A stretch of 57,432 nucleotides of DNA, the filler included, from Sphacelaria rigidula (lineage: Eukaryota), in NCBI GenBank assembly GCA_964200075.2. It is 7 parts of 7 records of this genome, joined end to end, with 100 filler letters (N's around TTAATTAATTAA, not from the genome) between each part and the next. Parts side by side here need not be neighbours in the genome. Positions count along the whole stretch, not along the records: positions 49,315 to 57,432 come from CAXNAA020012232.1; 6 more parts are not named here. One strand, written 5' to 3'. The position numbers and the translations under genes were made by a program. Below the pieces are notes generated by a model. That model was given only the letters and a program-made list of their open reading frames with translations. It did no database searches and had not been told where the DNA came from. Shown here piece after piece: positions 50,919 to 57,432 of this stretch (positions are counted from its first letter, which is position 1; every line of letters starts with the position of its first letter).

Positions 50919-53900
50919 GTTGGAAGCGGATGATGACTTGGGAACGCTGGGACCAAGCGAGGTGGCCGTGAAGATGCTGTTCGCTCCAATCAATCCATCC
51001 GACATCAACCAGGTGAACGCAGAATGACTTTTACTCGGAGTAAAACATACGTATATGTGCACAAACTCTGAAACGCAACTTCCCCCCGGAGAATGTTTTC
51101 AAAATGTGTGCACGGTAGATCACCGCCGTGGACATGTCAGGCCTATCGCTTCTCACCCACACTACGAGCAGGTTGGGTGACGTCTGTGACGTGATTGCCA
51201 TGTACAGATTGTCTCACAGTAAAGACGGACATGTCGCGCACAAGACAGTTTTAAAAGGAACATTTTCGTAAAAGGCAGGTGGAGGGATCTTACGGCATAC
51301 TCCCGGCTACTCCCGCCGTCGGCGGCAACGAGGGGGTGGGCGAGATAACCGCCGTGGGCCCGGCTGTGAAACAACTGGCGGTCGGCGATTGGGCGATTCC
51401 GATGCCTGCGGCGGGGTTTGGGACATGGAGAAACGTGGCTAAGGCTGACGAGGTAACTTTTTGCGTTTGACGTGTTGTAGTACAAGTTCAAGCACTTGGT
51501 GTATGGTGACATAGGACGCATTTGTCGACGCTTCGACTGCGAATTTCATATGTCCCCGCCCCGACGGGAACAGATCCCAGCCTTCTTTCGCCGCTATCGC
51601 TTCTTTCGCTAGTCAAACATATCCCGGCTAATGCTTGCACGAACATACGTTATGCATCGCTAGCCGACATTTTCGCCGGTCGTATCACGAGACCACGGCT
51701 GGACCCGTGGGGGGTCAGTTAAAATGCGACAATCAAATCAAATAAGAAAATCGTACGCGTTGAGCTTGAACAAGGCGTGTGGAACAAGTATCAGGAGTGC
51801 AAAGGCACATACTGTAGCTGCTGCTGCTCTTGTCTTGGACCTTGCAGCACTTGTACCACTTGTCACCGCTCAGCCGGTCGGCTGACGAGGATGCCGTAAC
51901 TACAGGCTAGTCCCACTGTTGAGATAAAAAAATGTGTCTCCGGCACAAACAGGACGAACAGCAAAGAAAAATAGCACACCAAATAGGTTCCATGGAACTG
52001 TATAGCCATCCTGCAGTGCGCCGCGCGCTCTGATCTGTCATCCAGGCACTTCTATCCTTTTACACTTTCCTGGGATACCAAATGCTGCCCGCTGGCTGTA
52101 CCCGTCGGTGGCGATTTGTTACAAAGATCAATATATCCGAAATCTTGTTCGATTACGCTGAAAAATGCTAGGCGTATACATTGTTTGAATCACGGTGAGG
52201 ACAACGATACCTGTTGTGGACTCTACCTCATCACCGTTCCCAAGTTACGGCCAAAATAACTGTTGAAGGAAACATCTACGGTTACGCTTCTTGTACCCAC
52301 TCAAGTGCTGTCCTTCCTTTCAAAATGCGAACAGCTACCGCGGTCTGCTCGAAGTACGTTGTTCCGCATGAAACTGAGGGCGGAGTTATCAGTGTAGAGA
52401 AATCACGATTTGAAAGAAGACGGCGTGCATGATTTAGCCTCAAAATATGTCAGTCGTCCTACTACAGTAGACGATTGCACAGTCACCTGACCTCCGTCTG
52501 AGCTGCGAAGATACGGTGCTGAGTTATTTTGTCAGTAGCCACGCTCCTAGAAGCGGGGGGCGTGGGTTTATTCCAGGAACGGCAGCACCCTCGATGGGTG
52601 CTGCCGAAGACTGAGCACTTGCTGACAGTGATTCGACATAACGGGGGCGCATCAAAGCTGCGGCCGTCCTAAGCTCCCGTCGTCAAACTCAACGCCACAA
52701 TCTTCCGGTTGGGTGCGGAGGATTGCAGTGAGAAAGAGCTCACCTCCGAGAGTTCAAGCTCGCGATTCCCCCTGGACGTGATTATCTCTGTTGGATATGC
52801 TATTTAATTTTGCACGGTCGCGTCGAACTCCTCGCAAATCGCGTACCTAAATTTATCCAGTATTTGATGGTCGCGTTCCTTTGCATAAAAGCAAGCAGCT
52901 CACAGAGAGTGAATTTGATATCGGTGGACCTCACGCCGACCCGAAATCCCCTGGTCGTACTATCAACGACATGAGCTCGCGCTTGCTCGCGGGGTCCGAG
53001 GTGGAGACAAGCTTACAGCGGGGATTCCGAGGCGGCGAATTTCTCTGAAGTCAACATTCATGTTGGATGCATTACCACATTCAGCATCTCCGTTGGATGG
53101 ATTCTGCTGTAAAATTTCAGGCTTCTGTTAACTCAACGGCAAGGACTGATGGGTTTGCGCTAGGTTTGCGCTGCCGGTCTGAACTACCTACAATTAATGC
53201 ACCTTGCAAGCGATTGGTGTACGCATACGTTAACCCATACCAAAATATCGCGTTCGTTGACTGGGAATTGGTGCACACATTTTTGGCGTCAATACACTGT
53301 TCCTGGTATGGTCCGCTGGAAACCCTCTCCCAGTTGAGAGCAGTCACCCAACCAGACATCCGGGGGTGTTGGTGACGACAATAATATCTTGTGGGCACAT
53401 GCTCTAGCTGGCATGTGCGTTGAGGTGGGGGGGGGGGGAAGAGGGGAAATCACATATTATGAAGCAATTGCACTGACGGGCTCACCCAAACTATGCCTCC
53501 GTTTATGTGTCGCATTGCTCGTTGTATTCACCGTGGTTTCTTGTGCGGCGTGTTTGCGTATATGCGTGTTCCCGATTCCCCCCCATGTGCAGTCGATGCT
53601 GCAGAAATGCCCGTCTGATATTCCGGCAGAATACGCAGCGACCATAGGAGTTAATCCGTGTACGGCATACCGCCTCCTGAGAGACTTCGAAACCTTGCGG
53701 GAGGGAGATACGGTCATTCAGAACGGGGCGAACAGTCAGGTCGGTCAGCGAATCAGCACGTGCTCATCTTTTGCTTGCAATGGTAGGTTCGGGGTTATTC
53801 GGCATGCTTCACCTGCTGTATATGGCTGCAGTGAATACTCACGCCACGTACGAATGTCTTGCGGTGCGAAATCGCCTAAAATGTAGTTCTCTTCCGTGAC

Positions 53901-56017
53901 GTCTCTCCCGTACCCACCTGGTTTCTGTGGCTCTGGATAGCAGGTGGGAATATCGGTGATACAGATGGCGAGAGACATGGGCGTGCGAACAGTAAACGTG
54001 GTCAGAGAAAGGTGGGCACCGCCCTGCACTGCTCTGTCACCGCAGTGTCCATTGTATCGCAGTATCACTGCTGTTGTTGCACCTGCAGTGTTTGGCAATG
54101 CTTGGTGTTATTGCACATGCACGGCAGCATGAATGGTTGTGTCATTTGATCAAAGAGGAGCGAGCACCGTACGTAGCACTTGGCGTTGTGTAGCAGTGTT
54201 TGGATGGGAAATACTGAACATCCGTACCGACAGGAATCGTTGATGTTTTTTGTCGGGAATAAGTGTCCGTTTCCGTTCGTTTGTTGCCCGCCGTGCTTTG
54301 AAAAAACTTCGCCCAGGCCGCCCGGCGATCACACCGTGAAACTGCTCAAGTCTTTGGGGGCAGACGTTGTGGTCACGCCTGCTCTCCTAGGAAACCCCGA
54401 CGCGTATGCGCATGCGGTGAATGGCTTGGCGCCACCACGGCTGGGCCTGAACTGTACAGGCGGCTCTATTGCAGCATCGGTGTGTGTATGTGTGTGTGTG
54501 CTGTCATGTCGTGTCTTGTCTTAATGTCGTATTGTTGTGATGCACTTTCGGCAGCGAGGTAAGAGGTTCAACGTTGATTGGATAGCGTTTTTTTGTCAGA
54601 GGATTAGGAGACACAAATATCGTGTCCGCCGACAGATCTGCGCTATTCTCATCTGCACTACACCGCAGGAATGCATCCCTGATTCAGTTGCTGCCATCGA
54701 CCTTGTTTCTCCCAGCTGCACTGTCCAACGTTGATCAACATTTTCGTGCTGTAATATATTGCTTTCTCCGTGTTTTTTCAAGTCGGCGTAGAGATGTTGG
54801 GAGTGGCATTTGACGCGCGGCACTTATTGTCGATCAGGAATCACAAGCCCCGGAATGAATTATCTTGTTTTTTAATGCACACACCATCCCGCCGATCACC
54901 CTATCGCTCGGTGTCCTCTGTTTATACTACTGCATGCGTTCTCTTGTGTGTGTCGTAATGTAACCCGAAATCCAGGTTGCGCACGTTTTAGATGATGGAG
55001 GCGCGCTTGTCTCATACGGAGGGATGTCTCTAAGACCAATTACTCTACCCGCTGCACTGTTGCAGGTGCGGAGTAGTAGTGAAGAGGCGGCGGGGTGGGT
55101 GGGAGGGTGGGAGGGGGGGAGGGGTCTGCAATGTATACTGGTTGTGACCTGCTTGTTTGGCCCAGTCGTCAGGTACAGCTTGCGACTACGTCGCGTGGTG
55201 TGTAATGTTCAAGTGGAAACACATATTACCACGCTGCGTATGTTGAATTACCGCAAATTTCGCCAGAATGCACAATACAAGGCATGGCCCTCTTGCGCTC
55301 GACCCACTCCATTCTTCGCTACGGTCGGCCGTTGGTTTGTTGATAGGATAAAGGCCTACGATGTGACGGGTTTTGGATAACTCGATGGTGTCAGGAGCAC
55401 TCTGTGCAAGAACGAGAGGCCATGATCGGTGAGTTCAGCATTTTGCTAGGCCTGATGAAACGATGCCTGGCGACGCATCGTTATGCATCTTGTTCCCCGC
55501 CGTCAAATCATCAATGCAAACATTCTGTCTTCGCATCGCGTTTGGCCAACCCGAGGTCAAGTCATGAGTCCCAACTCGAACAACAGAGTCATCGGGCTAT
55601 GTCAAGTGCTGTAATCGAGGTGTCACAGCCCTCGTCACGGTAAGCATGTAGCTACATCAGCGATCTGAGGACAGCGGTACTACTGCTAAAGCAGCGCCAC
55701 CTTGTGCGACGTATTTGCTCTCCTTGATGTCGTCATAGTCTTGGCACTGCGAGCAGGGAGGTCTGGTTACAGCAAGCACAGGGGCGGATTGACACCAGCA
55801 GACCCACTCTAATCCTCCAGACGACCACCTGTTTCAGTGTTTCCCGTTATTCCTGTCTCGTTTCTGTCGTTTTGCGTTATACACGGCTATTATTATGTCA
55901 GCCGAAGTGGCGGCAATGATTCGTGAGGGAAGGTTGCGGTCTTTTCTGCAACGGCATCGCTTCACCCGTTTTTTTGAGGCTTTGAGCGAAGCAAGACAGC
56001 CATATCGCAGCCGAAAG
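50919..56017 (+). CDS. MECR: Mitochondrial-type trans-2-enoyl-CoA/ACP reductase (MECR/Etr1, MDR family), partial; exons 50919-51012, 51279-51452, 53593-53739, 53944-54011, 54317-54479, 54976-55065, 55347-55428, 55902-56017
   Basis: The spliced product has [66 protein letters not shown] and GFW. All junctions are GT-AG and phase-compatible. First and last exons were not located. Confidence 0.95.
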
Positions 56018-56199
56018 GTCAGTGTCCACGACAGGATATTTTACCCTGTGCGCCGTGCGTTCGGGGGAATCAGGGCCGACACTGTAACGGGACACAAGTA
56101 TATTCGGCTTGACAATCCGTACAGGTTAGCTTGAGGTTGTGATGTTTCATCTGGCATGAAAGTGCTGGTAGTGTTGAAATCTTTAAGGTGCCAATTTTT

Positions 56200-56333
56200 C
56201 ACACCCTGTTCTACATGGTCAATAGTTGCAACAGACAAAATATATGGCACAAAGTATAGGTCCATTGTATCTTGTCGACCGACAATAGTTGCAGTATGCC
56301 GGCAACAATTGACCGTATATTGTCCAGGGCGTG
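56200..56333. mobile_element. 134-bp hAT-like MITE, same TIR family as 35018-35153 (a right end only also at 41397-41412)
   Basis: TIR CACACCCTG / CCAGGGCGTG with an 8-bp TSD CAATTTTT / CAGTTTTT. Confidence 0.8.
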
Positions 56334-57432
56334 CAGTTTTTTCATAACTGATGATATTATATCACTTTCGCTGCGCTGCTCATCGTCTTGGGGAAAAAAC
56401 ACTTGCTCTTCTTATGTCATACATGGCTTGTGTTTGAACGAACCAGGTACTATTGGACATGTCTAGATGAGGGCTGGGACGATGACCGGGGGATGAAAAG
56501 CAAGTGTACAGGGGACGGAAACTCACGGAAGGCGCATGCTGGGGAGACTCACATGAAGTCAAGATCTCCGATGACGAGTTATCAACTTAAACATGTGTTT
56601 CAATCAGATCCTATAGGTGTGAGGTGCAGTGCTGACAGTCCCGCCATAAGTTTCCCGCACCGCGGGGGCGCGGCAGAGCGGGGCGTCACCTTGTTTGGTC
56701 ATCACCTTGTTTGTTCAATCTACACGCTACCGGGTCCGCTTCTACCTCGTCAAAGACGCAGGTTCAACGGGCTCGGCTCTACCACAGTTGCTCCGGGGCC
56801 ATTTCCCCCCCTAAATAAGCAATCACCGCAAAAAACAGAACATCAACCGTGCGAGCGGACAACCAGGGGAAACTGATTCTTGGGGTCATGTGATGAGACA
56901 ATTCGTGCTTCCTAGTCCGGCTCACTGGTGGACACCCTAACTAGATCATTTGTAATTCGCGCGAACTTATGGATCAACAAGATCCACGCAACTGAAGTAC
57001 TGGTGTACAACCTTCACTACAAACATTTGATCCGAACACACAACAATTGATCCAAACACACTAGAGTACGTGATGGTTCAGTCGCCGGCTAGGCACGTGA
57101 AGCGTGTGCGATAAGTTCAACGGCAGTTTCCATACTACAGTGCTGCTGCTGCTGTTGCTTTTGCGGCTAGCTAGTCGTGGTTCATCAGTGCATGTGTGCG
57201 TGTGAGCTGGGTTGTGGGTGTGCGTTCTGTGGCATGCCCTATGTGCTTGCTCTGTTTCGGGTGGGTGGGTTCAAGATAGATTGCTCTGCTTCGCATCGCG
57301 CCTCCAATTTTTATATTCTTTCTTACATTGGAATGGAATGGAAAAGGGACAGGACAGACATATGCCCTCACAGTGTTGTTCCTTTTCAATAATATGGAAG
57401 CTTCAATCATGGTGAGGTGTACGTTCTACTAG

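Noticed and set aside
52580-52606. GC-rich hairpin CGGCAGCACCC..GGGTGCTGCCG as a terminator or Helitron end
   Set aside because: It is intronic and eukaryotic, with no U-tract or adjacent CTAG terminus.

Overview
Eukaryotic nuclear DNA, most likely from a brown alga (Phaeophyceae; inferred from the tiny-exon/long-intron genes, plastid-type FtsZ, a flagellar RSP7-like gene and the repeat landscape). The window is not one locus. It is seven contigs (six of 8,119 bp, one of 8,118 bp) joined by artificial 100-bp N44-TTAATTAATTAA-N44 spacers, so neighbourhoods across spacers carry no meaning. Spliced partial host genes: FtsZ (5 exons, minus strand, one GC-AG intron), an RIIa-docking + EF-hand protein resembling radial spoke protein 7 (6 exons, minus), a MECR/Etr1-type trans-2-enoyl reductase (8 exons, plus), and the last exon of a C-terminally membrane-anchored protein. 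Mobile DNA: a decayed Ty3/Gypsy element, a decayed DIRS-type retrotransposon with an RT-RNaseH-adenine-MTase-like pol and a possibly spliced gag, a Copia fragment, and many MITE/SINE-like repeats. The most notable signal is in the Gypsy pol. Excising a 1.5-kb TA-flanked DNA transposon restores the reading frame and reveals a C5 cytosine-DNA-methyltransferase-like domain after RNase H, with the catalytic PC and ENV motifs apparently missing. All calls come from manual translation and motif recognition, with no database searches.
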